57,537 nt of DNA. Origin: an uncultured Verrucomicrobiota bacterium. GTDB taxonomy: Bacteria > Verrucomicrobiota > Kiritimatiellia > JAAZAB01. The notes beneath the pieces were generated by a model. The model worked only from the letters and a program-made list of their open reading frames with translations. It was not told the origin of the DNA and made no database searches. Position 1 is the first letter of the stretch; each line of letters opens with the position of its first letter. The stretch is taken from NCBI GenBank assembly GCA_964491945.1, contig CAZBHO010000012.1:1-57537 (forward strand). The letters run 5' to 3'. Position numbers and translations under genes: made by a program. Shown here piece after piece: positions 49,103 to 57,537 of this stretch.

Positions 49103-51181
49103 ATGAAACTTAAAATTGTATGTTTTTCTGATTTACATTGCAAACAGACATCATTTGATGAGACTATAGCTGAATTTGAGAAAGCAATCGCTGATTGTAA
49201 GAGGCTAATCAAGCCAGATTTTTTAGCACTTCTTGGTGACCTTGCCACTGATAATAACGAAGAGAACAATAAAAGATACCTTGCCACTATATCATCTTTA
49301 ATCAAAACACTTGATGTGCCTGCGATCACAATTAGAGGCAATAAAGATATTAATCAACACATCTTTTACTCCTATTTTGAAAAGCCAGCCAACTGGCTTG
49401 ATATTGGTTGCTATCGCATTTTGCCTTTTTTTGATGATATATGGCAGGAAGATGGTAATGCGGTAAGAGCTCCTGAGCACATACAGCTAATAAGAGATGC
49501 CCGTTATAGCTATTCAGGAATGATTATCGCTTTACAACACATATCCTTACACAATCCATTATTGACGAACTGCCCTTACAATCTGGTTAATTACGATGAA
49601 GTATTAAATAAGATGAAAGAATATGGTGTTATATTAAGCATCGGAGCACACTGGCATAAAGGCTGGCTAAAAGTAGATAGCGCCAGTTCAACAAATATCC
49701 CTCACTGCATTATAGCACCTGCTTTCAAAGATGGTTATAAATATGCAGTGATAGAACTTAATGATAATGCTCTTTTAGTAAGTGAAGAATCTACGCAGTT
49801 GCCACAGCAGGCCACAACCATTCCTTCAGCCATCACTACGGTACCAACGAAATTGAAATATATAATCAAAAGATCTGGTGTGCTTGTGCCCTATGACCGC
49901 GATAGAATAAGGAGCGCCATCTTTCGCGCAATGGCTGCAATAAAGCAAGGGAATAACGCGCTTGCAGAAAAAATGAGCATCGCTGTTGAAGAAAAACTAA
50001 TCGCAAATTATGGCGAATCATCCACACCAAGCGTGGAAGAAATTCAAGATATGGTTGAACAAACTCTACGGGAAAATGGCGAAACAGCAACCGCAGAAGC
50101 TTATAGCTCATATAGGAAGCAAAGAGCTCTTCTACGCGCAACAAGGAACATCTCTTTTGAAGTCACAGATAACATCCCGTACAAAAAAATTTACGAAGTC
50201 TTATGCTGGAATATAGAACATCATTGTTCAAGCATTGATGATGTAAACGAACTAATTGTAGCTGGAGCTTTTGAAAAACTCATAAAAGAATCTGATGAAA
50301 GATTTGAACAGGAGCTTGACCAATGCTTTGAAACGATGATGACAAAAGCACAGAATCTTAAACTAGTGATAATTTCTGGCCCCTCTTCTTCAGGTAAAAC
50401 GACAACAACGATAAAACTGAGCGAACGATTTGAAAAGGAAGGGTTACATTTCCGTGCTCTCACTGTGGATAATTACTTTTTTGATTTAGAAAAGCATCCA
50501 AAGGATGAATTTGGTGATTACGATTATGAAACGCCCTATGCACTGGATCTTAAACTCATTAATGAACATCTGGCTGCATTGCTTGAAGGTAAAACTATCC
50601 TTGCTCCGTATTATAACTTCAAAACAGGCAAGAGAACTTTAAATGCTTTTGAAATGAAATTAGAAAAAAATGAAATACTCCTGCTTGATAGCTTGCATGG
50701 TTTGTTTGATGAAATGACAAAACTTATTCCACCTGCGAATAAAATTAAACTCTACGTTGAAACGCTAGGCCAACTTAAAAATAGTGATGGCTTATTTATG
50801 AGATGGGCAGACCACCGCTTGATGCGCAGAATGATAAGAGATAGTCTACATCGGAACTCAACACCACAAATGACAATAACACACTGGCATTATGTAAGAC
50901 GTAGTGAGCTAAAATATATCATCCCTTTTATTGGTACAGCAGATTTTCTAATCAATACAGCGCTTCCTTATGAAATGCCTATTTTAAAAGAAAAACTTTT
51001 CCACCATTTCCCGCTAACAATGCAAAAATATAGGAATGATCCTGCCCGTCAGGATGCCTATATTCGCGCAAAACGTATATACGAATTTTTAAAACCACTC
51101 CAACCTGTTAAAGATGATAGCTGTATCCCACCAAAATCTCTATTACGTGAATTTATAGGTGGCAGTGCATACAATTATTAA
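49103..51181 (+). CDS. Three-domain fusion: calcineurin-like metallophosphoesterase, ATP-cone, and uridine kinase/phosphoribulokinase-family P-loop kinase
   Basis: N-terminal CFSDLHC, GDLATDN, RGNKD and GAHWH phosphoesterase-like motifs. The ATP-cone-like segment is IIKRSGVLVPYDRDRIRSAIFRA..AYSSYRKQR (about aa 254-345). The kinase domain has ISGPSSSGKTTTT Walker A and LLLDSLHG. Confidence 0.65.
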   Translation: MKLKIVCFSDLHCKQTSFDETIAEFEKAIADCKRLIKPDFLALLGDLATDNNEENNKRYLATISSLIKTLDVPAITIRGNKDINQHIFYSYFEKPANWLDIGCYRILPFFDDIWQEDGNAVRAPEHIQLIRDARYSYSGMIIALQHISLHNPLLTNCPYNLVNYDEVLNKMKEYGVILSIGAHWHKGWLKVDSASSTNIPHCIIAPAFKDGYKYAVIELNDNALLVSEESTQLPQQATTIPSAITTVPTKLKYIIKRSGVLVPYDRDRIRSAIFRAMAAIKQGNNALAEKMSIAVEEKLIANYGESSTPSVEEIQDMVEQTLRENGETATAEAYSSYRKQRALLRATRNISFEVTDNIPYKKIYEVLCWNIEHHCSSIDDVNELIVAGAFEKLIKESDERFEQELDQCFETMMTKAQNLKLVIISGPSSSGKTTTTIKLSERFEKEGLHFRALTVDNYFFDLEKHPKDEFGDYDYETPYALDLKLINEHLAALLEGKTILAPYYNFKTGKRTLNAFEMKLEKNEILLLDSLHGLFDEMTKLIPPANKIKLYVETLGQLKNSDGLFMRWADHRLMRRMIRDSLHRNSTPQMTITHWHYVRRSELKYIIPFIGTADFLINTALPYEMPILKEKLFHHFPLTMQKYRNDPARQDAYIRAKRIYEFLKPLQPVKDDSCIPPKSLLREFIGGSAYNY

Positions 51182-51224
51182 ATACAGATGCGTTTTATTC
51201 AGCGAACTATTTTTTCGCTTTTGC

Positions 51225-51390
51225 AAATTGAGGCTAGAACCAAATAGAAAATTGAGTGAATATAGAAAGAATTAGAAAATTATTTCTTCTGGCGACATTT
51301 TTTGATTATACCTTATCTTAAATTTCCTTCCTTTAAATCTTCCACTGTGTTTTTCTCTCAAGTCCTCTTTGTCCTATGTGTGATCTTTGG
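51225..51390. repeat. Locus 3 of the CCACAGAGA repeat family (degenerate unit)
   Basis: GAGTGAATATAGAAAGAATTAGAAAATT aligns with left-arm/loop GAGAGATCATAGAGAAGAAAAAAAATTAGAAAG. CCACTGTGTTTTTCTCTCAAGTCCTCTTTGTCCTATGTGTGATC aligns with the right arm at 24100-24140. Confidence 0.6.
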
Positions 51391-51410
51391 CATTCCAATC
51401 AGAGAAATAA

Positions 51411-51442
51411 AAAGCTCCTCTTTTCAGGGAGGAGCTTTTTTG
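51411..51442. terminator. Bidirectional rho-independent terminator between the fusion gene and ppdK
   Basis: Stem AGCTCCTC / GAGGAGCT with loop TTTTCAGG. It is flanked by an A-run on the left and T6 on the right, between two convergent gene ends. Confidence 0.75.
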
Positions 51443-51469
51443 TAAGAGTTAATTTCTTAAAGATATTTT

Positions 51470-54217
51470 TTATTTGCTCTTCTTTGCCTTAGCGGCAATA
51501 GCAGCCTGAGCTGCTGCAAGGCGAGCTATTGGCACACGGTAAGGACTGCAGCTTACGTAGTTTAATCCTGTTTTAAAGCAGAATTCAACTGAGGCAGGAT
51601 CGCCGCCTTGTTCACCGCATATTCCTATCTTTAGATCTTTACGTGTTTTTCTTCCGCGTTCAACTGCAATCTGGATGAGCTGGCCTATGCCTTCCTGATC
51701 TATAGTCTGGAATGGGTCTGCTTTAAGTATCTTTTTATCCAGGTAGTCGCTCAGGAATGCGCCAATATCATCGCGGCTGAAGCCGAAGCCCATTTGAGTT
51801 AGATCATTTGTTCCAAATGAGAAGAACTCGGCTTCTTCTGCCATTTTATCAGCGGTTAGAGCTGCTCTTGGAATTTCAATCATTGTGCCGTAGCTATAAG
51901 GTATTTTCTTAAGCCCAAGTTTTGTGCATACTTCCTGATAGACTTTTTGGCAGATTGCCTTTTGGTTGGTTAGTTCTTTTACGTCGCAGGTTACAGGCAC
52001 CATAATTTCTGGCATAGCCTTTTTGCCAGCTTTGATGAGCTCACCGGCGGCTTCAAAGATTGCGCGCAATTGCATTTCTGTGATTTCTGGATAAGTTATG
52101 CCGAGCCTTACGCCGCGATGTCCCATCATTGGGTTAGTTTCATGGAGTTGATCACCGCGTTTACGCACATCTTCCACTGAAATATTGAGGCTTTTTGCCA
52201 GAGCTTCTTGTTTTTCTGGGCTTTGAGGAACGAACTCATGGAGGGGTGGATCTAGCAGACGGATTGTTACAGGTAAGCCTTCCATTGCTTCCAGCGTGCC
52301 TTTTATTGAAGCCTTTACATAAGGATAAAGCTCATCAAGGGCTTTTCTGCGTTCTTCGGCGGTTTTGCTTAAGATCATTTTACGCAGCAGGAAGAGTGGT
52401 TCATCGCTGCCTTTGCCGTAGAACATATGTTCTGTACGGAATAGACCAATGCCTTCTGCGCCGAAGTTTCTGGCCAGTTTTGCATCTTCTGGTGTATCGG
52501 CATTTGTTCGCACACCGAGCTTCCGATATTTATCTACCAGCTTCATAAATTGCTGAAAGCGTGGATTTTCGGAAGCGCTTATCATATTAAGCTTGCCTTC
52601 ATACACATAGCCTTTTGTGCCGTTGAGTGTAAGAAAATCGCCTTCTTTGAAGGTTTTCTCTCCCACTTTCATCGTGCCTTCTTCTATGTGCAGAGCGCTT
52701 GCGCCAACCACGCAACATTTGCCCCAGCCACGTGCCACTAAAGCGGCGTGGCTTGTCATTCCACCACGAGCCGTTAAAATGCCTTCGGCAGCTCGCATTC
52801 CTTCAACATCTTCCGGGTTGGTTTCTTCGCGAACGAGTATAACCTTTTTACCAGCTTGTGCCCACTCAACAGCTTTTGCTGCTGTGAAAACGATTTGTCC
52901 ACAAGCGCCACCTGGCCCTGCGGGCAATCCTTTTGCCAAAAGTGTTGCAGATTTTTCTGCGGCAGGGTCAACTATTGGGTGAAGCAGCTCATCAAGTTGT
53001 GCAGGAGCCAGCCGCATAATGGCTTCTTCTTCTGTGATTAGGCGTTCTTTGAGCATATCCATTGCCATATTCAGCGCTGCTGTTCCAGTACGTTTGCCCA
53101 CGCGGCATTGTAGCATATAGAGTTTTCCTTCCTGAATGGTAAACTCTATATCCTGCATATCTTTATAGTGTTTCTCTAGCTTCTTTTGGATTTCATCAAG
53201 CTGCTTGTAAACTTCTGGCATAGCCTTTTCCAGAGAAACCTGATCAGCGTTATGCTCGCTCTTTGTGGCTTCGTTAAGGGGCGCAGGTGTCCTTATGCCA
53301 GCAACAACATCTTCACCCTGCGCATTTACAAGCCATTCGCCATAGAATTTCTTTTCACCTGTGGCAGGGTTGCGACTGAAGGCAACGCCTGTGGCAGATG
53401 TATTGCCCATATTACCAAACACCATTGCCTGAACGTTTACTGCTGTACCCCAGTCATCTGGAATGCCTTCTATTCTTCTATATGCAACAGCTCGTTTGCC
53501 GTTCCAGCTCTTAAACACGGCTGCTATTCCGCCCCAGAGCTGTTCCATTGGATCATCTGGGAAGGGTTTGCCGAGCACCTGTTTCACCCTTTCTTTGAAT
53601 TGTTCTATAAGCACCTTAAAATCTTCTGCAGTAAGGTCAGTATCTGATTTATAGCCTTTAGCTTTTTTGTATTCATTTAGCATATCATCCAGCTGTTTGC
53701 GAATGCCTTTGCCATCTGGTGGTTCAATGCCTTCTGCCTTTTCCATTACCACATCAGAATACATCATTATCAATCTGCGATAGCTATCCAGCACAAACCT
53801 TTCATTATTGGTTTTTGCAATGAGCCCCGGCATAGTTTTTGGACAAAGCCCCACATTCAACACCGTTTCCATCATCCCCGGCATTGATTTCCTTGCGCCT
53901 GAACGGCAGGAAACAAGCAAAGGATTATTTGGATCGCCAAACTTCATCCCCATAATTTTTTCAACTTTTGCAAGTGCTTCTTCCACTTCTTTTTTAAGAG
54001 ATGGAGGAAATTTCATCCCATTCTTAAAGTAATCTGTGCAGCACTCGGTTGTAATGGTGAAACCTGCTGGCACAGGAAGCCCAAGCAAACACATTTCAGC
54101 CAAATTCGCGCCCTTGCCGCCAAGCAGATTTTTCATATCTGCTTTACCTTCTGTGTTCTTCTTGCCAGGACCAAACAAATACACGTATTTTTTTGCTTTA
54201 GCTTTTGATGATGTCAT
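51470..54217 (-). CDS. ppdK: Pyruvate, phosphate dikinase
   Basis: 915 aa with the phosphohistidine motif GGMTSHAALVARG, N-terminal ATP-grasp GGKGANLAEM and C-terminal PEP-utilising FFSFGTNDLTQ. Confidence 0.95.
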   Translation of the reverse strand: MTSSKAKAKKYVYLFGPGKKNTEGKADMKNLLGGKGANLAEMCLLGLPVPAGFTITTECCTDYFKNGMKFPPSLKKEVEEALAKVEKIMGMKFGDPNNPLLVSCRSGARKSMPGMMETVLNVGLCPKTMPGLIAKTNNERFVLDSYRRLIMMYSDVVMEKAEGIEPPDGKGIRKQLDDMLNEYKKAKGYKSDTDLTAEDFKVLIEQFKERVKQVLGKPFPDDPMEQLWGGIAAVFKSWNGKRAVAYRRIEGIPDDWGTAVNVQAMVFGNMGNTSATGVAFSRNPATGEKKFYGEWLVNAQGEDVVAGIRTPAPLNEATKSEHNADQVSLEKAMPEVYKQLDEIQKKLEKHYKDMQDIEFTIQEGKLYMLQCRVGKRTGTAALNMAMDMLKERLITEEEAIMRLAPAQLDELLHPIVDPAAEKSATLLAKGLPAGPGGACGQIVFTAAKAVEWAQAGKKVILVREETNPEDVEGMRAAEGILTARGGMTSHAALVARGWGKCCVVGASALHIEEGTMKVGEKTFKEGDFLTLNGTKGYVYEGKLNMISASENPRFQQFMKLVDKYRKLGVRTNADTPEDAKLARNFGAEGIGLFRTEHMFYGKGSDEPLFLLRKMILSKTAEERRKALDELYPYVKASIKGTLEAMEGLPVTIRLLDPPLHEFVPQSPEKQEALAKSLNISVEDVRKRGDQLHETNPMMGHRGVRLGITYPEITEMQLRAIFEAAGELIKAGKKAMPEIMVPVTCDVKELTNQKAICQKVYQEVCTKLGLKKIPYSYGTMIEIPRAALTADKMAEEAEFFSFGTNDLTQMGFGFSRDDIGAFLSDYLDKKILKADPFQTIDQEGIGQLIQIAVERGRKTRKDLKIGICGEQGGDPASVEFCFKTGLNYVSCSPYRVPIARLAAAQAAIAAKAKKSK

Positions 54218-54331
54218 TTATATTGCCTCCTTACTCATCTTATGTTAAAAACCTTAGCTAACTAATTAAAAAAAACAATGATGTACAATTTTTGCAAAAC
54301 AAGCAGTGGACAATACCCAAGCTGATATTTT

Positions 54332-55510
54332 ATGTCAATAAAAAATATAGGCAACATAGGAGAAACTTATCGCAAGCAATTAGGCAGCTTGCGCCGAATA
54401 GTAATAAAAGTTGGTAGCCGTCTGCTTGCAAAAGAAGCAGGCAAAAGCGAAAATCCAAACATAAAAATGCTGGTTCAGCAGATAGCATCTGTTCGTAATT
54501 CTGGCAAGGAGATAATTTTTGTTACTTCTGGCGCGATAGGCACAGGCATGCAGATTCTTGGTTTAAAGAAGAAGCCAAAATCGTTATCGCATTTGCAGAT
54601 GGCTGCTGCAGTTGGACAGAGCAGGTTAATGGCATACTATGATGAGCTTTTTCAGACTTATAACTGCAAAATAGGTCAGATCTTGCTTACTCACGATGAT
54701 TTACGGGATAGAATCAGACACCTTAATGCCAGACGCACAATTCTTACAATGCTTGAAAATCAAATTATTCCCATCGTAAATGAAAACGATGTTGTTGCAG
54801 TTGATGAAATTAAGTTTGGCGATAACGATTTATTATCGGCGCTTGTTGCACAGCTTGTTGATGCCGAGCTTTTAATTATGCTTTCCACCACCGATGGCTT
54901 AAAAGCGCCTTCGCAAGCAGGCAAAGAAGAGCGAGTGCCGTTCCTTAATGAAATTACGGAAGATTTATTCCAGTTTGCTCGCGGAAAAGGCGGCGAAATT
55001 TCAACTGGCGGAATGGCATCAAAATTAGAATGGGCGCGTCTGGCAACTAAAGCTGGTATAAGCGTAGTCATAGCGGATGGTAGAAAAGAAAACATCATCA
55101 ATAAAATTCTTACTGGCGAAGATACAGGAACTTTAATAGTTCCTCCAAAGCATGGTGGCAAATTTATCAATTCAAACAAAAAGCGTTGGATTGCCTTCTT
55201 CAATAAAATTAAAGGCATCATTTTTATTGATGATGGTGCAAAAAGAGCTTTGCTGGAAAATGGGAAAAGTCTTTTGCCGATAGGCATAAAAAAGGTTGAA
55301 GGCAATTTTTCCTGTGGTGCTGCTGTGGAAGTAAGAGATATGCAAAATCAGCCCATTGCAAGAGGTTTTAGCTCCTATTCAAGCGAAGATGTTCAAAAAA
55401 TCATGGGCAAAAAATCCAAAGAAATTAAAGAGCTTCTCGGCATAGAAGCTTACGAAGAAGAAGTTATACATCGTGATAATATGGCTATATTATCAAAAAC
55501 AAAACGATAG
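54332..55510 (+). CDS. proB: Glutamate 5-kinase with a C-terminal PUA domain
   Basis: IVIKVGSRLL, TSGAIGTG, NENDVVAVDEIKFGDNDLLSA and a C-terminal PUA-like GAAVEV..IARG segment. Confidence 0.9.
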   Translation: MSIKNIGNIGETYRKQLGSLRRIVIKVGSRLLAKEAGKSENPNIKMLVQQIASVRNSGKEIIFVTSGAIGTGMQILGLKKKPKSLSHLQMAAAVGQSRLMAYYDELFQTYNCKIGQILLTHDDLRDRIRHLNARRTILTMLENQIIPIVNENDVVAVDEIKFGDNDLLSALVAQLVDAELLIMLSTTDGLKAPSQAGKEERVPFLNEITEDLFQFARGKGGEISTGGMASKLEWARLATKAGISVVIADGRKENIINKILTGEDTGTLIVPPKHGGKFINSNKKRWIAFFNKIKGIIFIDDGAKRALLENGKSLLPIGIKKVEGNFSCGAAVEVRDMQNQPIARGFSSYSSEDVQKIMGKKSKEIKELLGIEAYEEEVIHRDNMAILSKTKR

Positions 55511-55525
55511 AAAAGGCTGTGGCTT

Positions 55526-56782
55526 ATGTCTCTACAACAAGAAATAAAAGAAATGGGATTAAAAGCGCAGGAAGCTGCAAGAAACCTGGTAACTCTTTCA
55601 ACGGCACAAAAGAATAAAATCCTTTCTGCAATGGCAGATGAAATAGAAAAAAGGTGTGACATGATTCTTTCCGCAAATGCCGCTGATATCAAAAATGCTG
55701 TTGCAGGCGGCCTCGCTCCACAAATGATAGATAGACTTACCCTCAACGAAAAGCGATTGAAAGATATGGCAAAGGCAATAAGAGAGGTGGTTGCCTTAAA
55801 AGACCCTGTTGGCAGAACCTTGCGTAAAACTCTTCGTCCAAATGGACTAATCATCAAAAAGGTAAGCGTGCCCATAGGCGTGATAGTAATCATCTACGAG
55901 GCAAGACCTAATGTCACATCTGATGCGGCAATTCTGTGCTTAAAAGCTTCCAATGCTGTGATCTTGCGCGGAGGCAAAGAAGCAATGCAATCTAATATCG
56001 CAATCGCAGAAGCAATGATGGCAGGTGGCTCAAGAGAAGGTTTACCAGAAAATGCCATTCAAATTGTTAAAACCACCGAGCGCGAGGCAATTAAGGAACT
56101 GGTGCAATTGGAAGGGATTGTTGATCTTGTTATGCCACGTGGTGGCGAAGCTCTGATTAAGGCAGTAGCACAGGAAGCGCTGGTGCCAGTAATCAAGCAT
56201 TACAAAGGAATATGCCACGTTTTTGTTGATGAAAGCGCAGATGAAGAGATGGCAAAAAAAATCGTTCTCAATGCCAAATGCCAGCGACCTTCCGTCTGCA
56301 ATGCAATGGAAACTCTTTTAGTGCATAAAAAGATAGCGACAACATTCCTGCCAAAAGCTGCTGAAGCATTAAAAGCAAAAGGAGTGGAGCTGCGCGGCTG
56401 TGAAGAGACAAGAAAAATTCTGCCTGATATCAAAGCTGCCACAGAAGAAGACTGGTATACCGAATATCTTGCACTGGTTCTCTCAATAAGAGTTGTGCGC
56501 AATCTCTCAGAAGCCATAGCACATATAAATCACTATGGTTCACATCACTCTGATGCCATCATCACTTCGTCAAAAAGCGCTGCAAAAAGGTTTTGCACAG
56601 AAGTCGATTCCGCAGCTGTGTATGTTAATGCTTCAACACGCTTTACAGATGGTGGCGAGTTTGGTATGGGCGCTGAAATAGGAATAAGCACCGATAAACT
56701 TCATGCCAGAGGCCCTATGGGACTGGAAGAGCTAACTTCATATAAATATGTTGTCTATGGCACAGGTCAGGTCCGCGAATAA
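55526..56782 (+). CDS. proA: Gamma-glutamyl phosphate reductase
   Basis: IYEARPNVT, LRGGKEA, catalytic-Cys region PSVCNAMETLLVH and the C-terminal NASTRFTDGGEFG. Confidence 0.9.
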   Translation: MSLQQEIKEMGLKAQEAARNLVTLSTAQKNKILSAMADEIEKRCDMILSANAADIKNAVAGGLAPQMIDRLTLNEKRLKDMAKAIREVVALKDPVGRTLRKTLRPNGLIIKKVSVPIGVIVIIYEARPNVTSDAAILCLKASNAVILRGGKEAMQSNIAIAEAMMAGGSREGLPENAIQIVKTTEREAIKELVQLEGIVDLVMPRGGEALIKAVAQEALVPVIKHYKGICHVFVDESADEEMAKKIVLNAKCQRPSVCNAMETLLVHKKIATTFLPKAAEALKAKGVELRGCEETRKILPDIKAATEEDWYTEYLALVLSIRVVRNLSEAIAHINHYGSHHSDAIITSSKSAAKRFCTEVDSAAVYVNASTRFTDGGEFGMGAEIGISTDKLHARGPMGLEELTSYKYVVYGTGQVRE

Positions 56783-56869
56783 AAAAGCCTTCAATAACTA
56801 AAGCAAAACAAAACTTCACCCTGATTTTAGAGAGAATATAGAAGAAAAATTAAAGCTAAGATGTTTTAC

Positions 56870-57255
56870 CCATTTTTTAAGTTTTTCCCGATTTAATTTT
56901 GCTTACGATTTTTTAACCACAGAGAGCATAGAGAGATTCAACAAATTTTTGGTTTAGTAATCTCAATAATTTAAACTTTGGCTTAAATTCTATTCCTTCC
57001 TCCGTGGTTTTCTCTGTGGCCTCTGTAAACTCTGTAGTGAATTTTTCATCCTCTGGCTTTTTAAGTTTTTCGCGATTTATTTTGAGTAACGATTTTTTAA
57101 CCACAGAAAGCTTTAGAGAGCACAGAAAAGAAAAAATAGTGGAATGCTAATTTTTGCCAGAATGCCTGTTGATTGTGCTGTAGCTTTATTTTTTTTCTCT
57201 CTGTGTTTTTCTCTACGCATTTCTCCGCTGATTTTTAATTTTTGCTGCCGTGTAT
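56870..57255. repeat. Locus 4 of the CCACAGAGA repeat family (two tandem units) between proA and the CRISPR array
   Basis: 22-mers ACGATTTTTTAACCACAGAGAG (56905-56926) and ACGATTTTTTAACCACAGAAAG (57089-57110). Right arms CCTCCGTGGTTTTCTCTGTGGCCTCTGTAAACTCTGTAGTGAA and TTCTCTCTGTGTTTTTCTCTACGC. Confidence 0.8.
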
Positions 57256-57339
57256 CCCAGTCGTTTGGTTAGTGGAGTAGCTTAGTCGATGTATCCAACA
57301 TATAAAGTGAGAAGGGGTACCTCTTGTGGTACCCCTCCC

Positions 57340-57537
57340 GTCACAAATGCCTTTCGGCTTTGTCGGGGTCTCCGACCAGAAAAAGAGTTAGTAACCCTTT
57401 GTCGTTAAAAACAAGTCACAAATGCCTTTCGGCTTTGTCGGGGTCTCCGACGTGTTGGCGTATTTATAACTATTAACGACTTTCTCACCATGTCACAAAT
57501 GCCTTTCGGCTTTGTCGGGGTCTCCGACCCCACCCCA
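57340..57537. CRISPR. CRISPR array (three full 37-nt repeats; continues past the window edge). Transcription direction is unresolved.
   Basis: The identical repeat GTCACAAATGCCTTTCGGCTTTGTCGGGGTCTCCGAC occurs at 57340-57376, 57415-57451 and 57492-57528. The unique spacers are 38 and 40 nt, and a third spacer is cut at 57537. Confidence 0.9.

Noticed and set aside
56913-57104. 63-aa ORF (MVKKSLLKINREKLKK..) between proA and the CRISPR array
   Set aside because: It lies entirely within the tandem CCACAGAGA repeat units. Its reading frame is a by-product of the A/G-rich repeat arms, and it has no RBS.

Overview
This is a 57.5-kb AT-rich bacterial chromosomal window; I cannot name the organism from the sequence alone. 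It falls into five parts.

(1) Bases 1-14.9 kb are a very AT-rich surface-glycan (nucleotide-sugar) island. It holds an HldE-like kinase/nucleotidyltransferase with reversed domain order, a split transketolase and a convergent GmhA, which together look like a heptose supply route. It also holds two SDR epimerases, three methyltransferases, two radical-SAM enzymes, a Glf-like mutase and two large orphan proteins. I see no recognisable classical glycosyltransferase, flippase or polymerase.

(2) Bases 15.8-23.7 kb are a tightly coupled operon. It starts with a complete archaeal-type topoisomerase VI (B then A subunit). An FGGY sugar kinase, a secreted FG-GAP propeller protein and a GH31 alpha-glucosidase follow.

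(3) Bases 24.8-34 kb are a nitrogen-assimilation block. A GAF-domain sigma-54 activator lies divergent from glnA-gltB-gltD, and a textbook -24/-12 promoter precedes glnA.

(4) Bases 34.3-56.8 kb are housekeeping genes: an addB-addA helicase-nuclease pair, a 3' remnant of ruvX, tRNA-Gly(GCC), a Ser/Thr kinase with mnmE-mnmG-tatD, recN, a three-domain metallophosphoesterase/ATP-cone/uridine-kinase-like fusion, ppdK and proB-proA. The mnmG gene carries two parS-like sites in frame.

(5) The right edge is the start of a CRISPR array of 37-nt repeats. No cas genes are visible in the window.

Four intergenic loci carry copies of a previously unnamed structured repeat family built on a CCACAGAGA / TCTCTGTGG core. 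No single obvious new defence system stands out. The candidates I rank highest are the repeat family, the glycan island, the bacterial Topo VI operon, the parS pair inside mnmG, the tri-domain fusion and the cas-less CRISPR edge. All functional calls rest on motifs read by eye and remembered family signatures; no database search was run.
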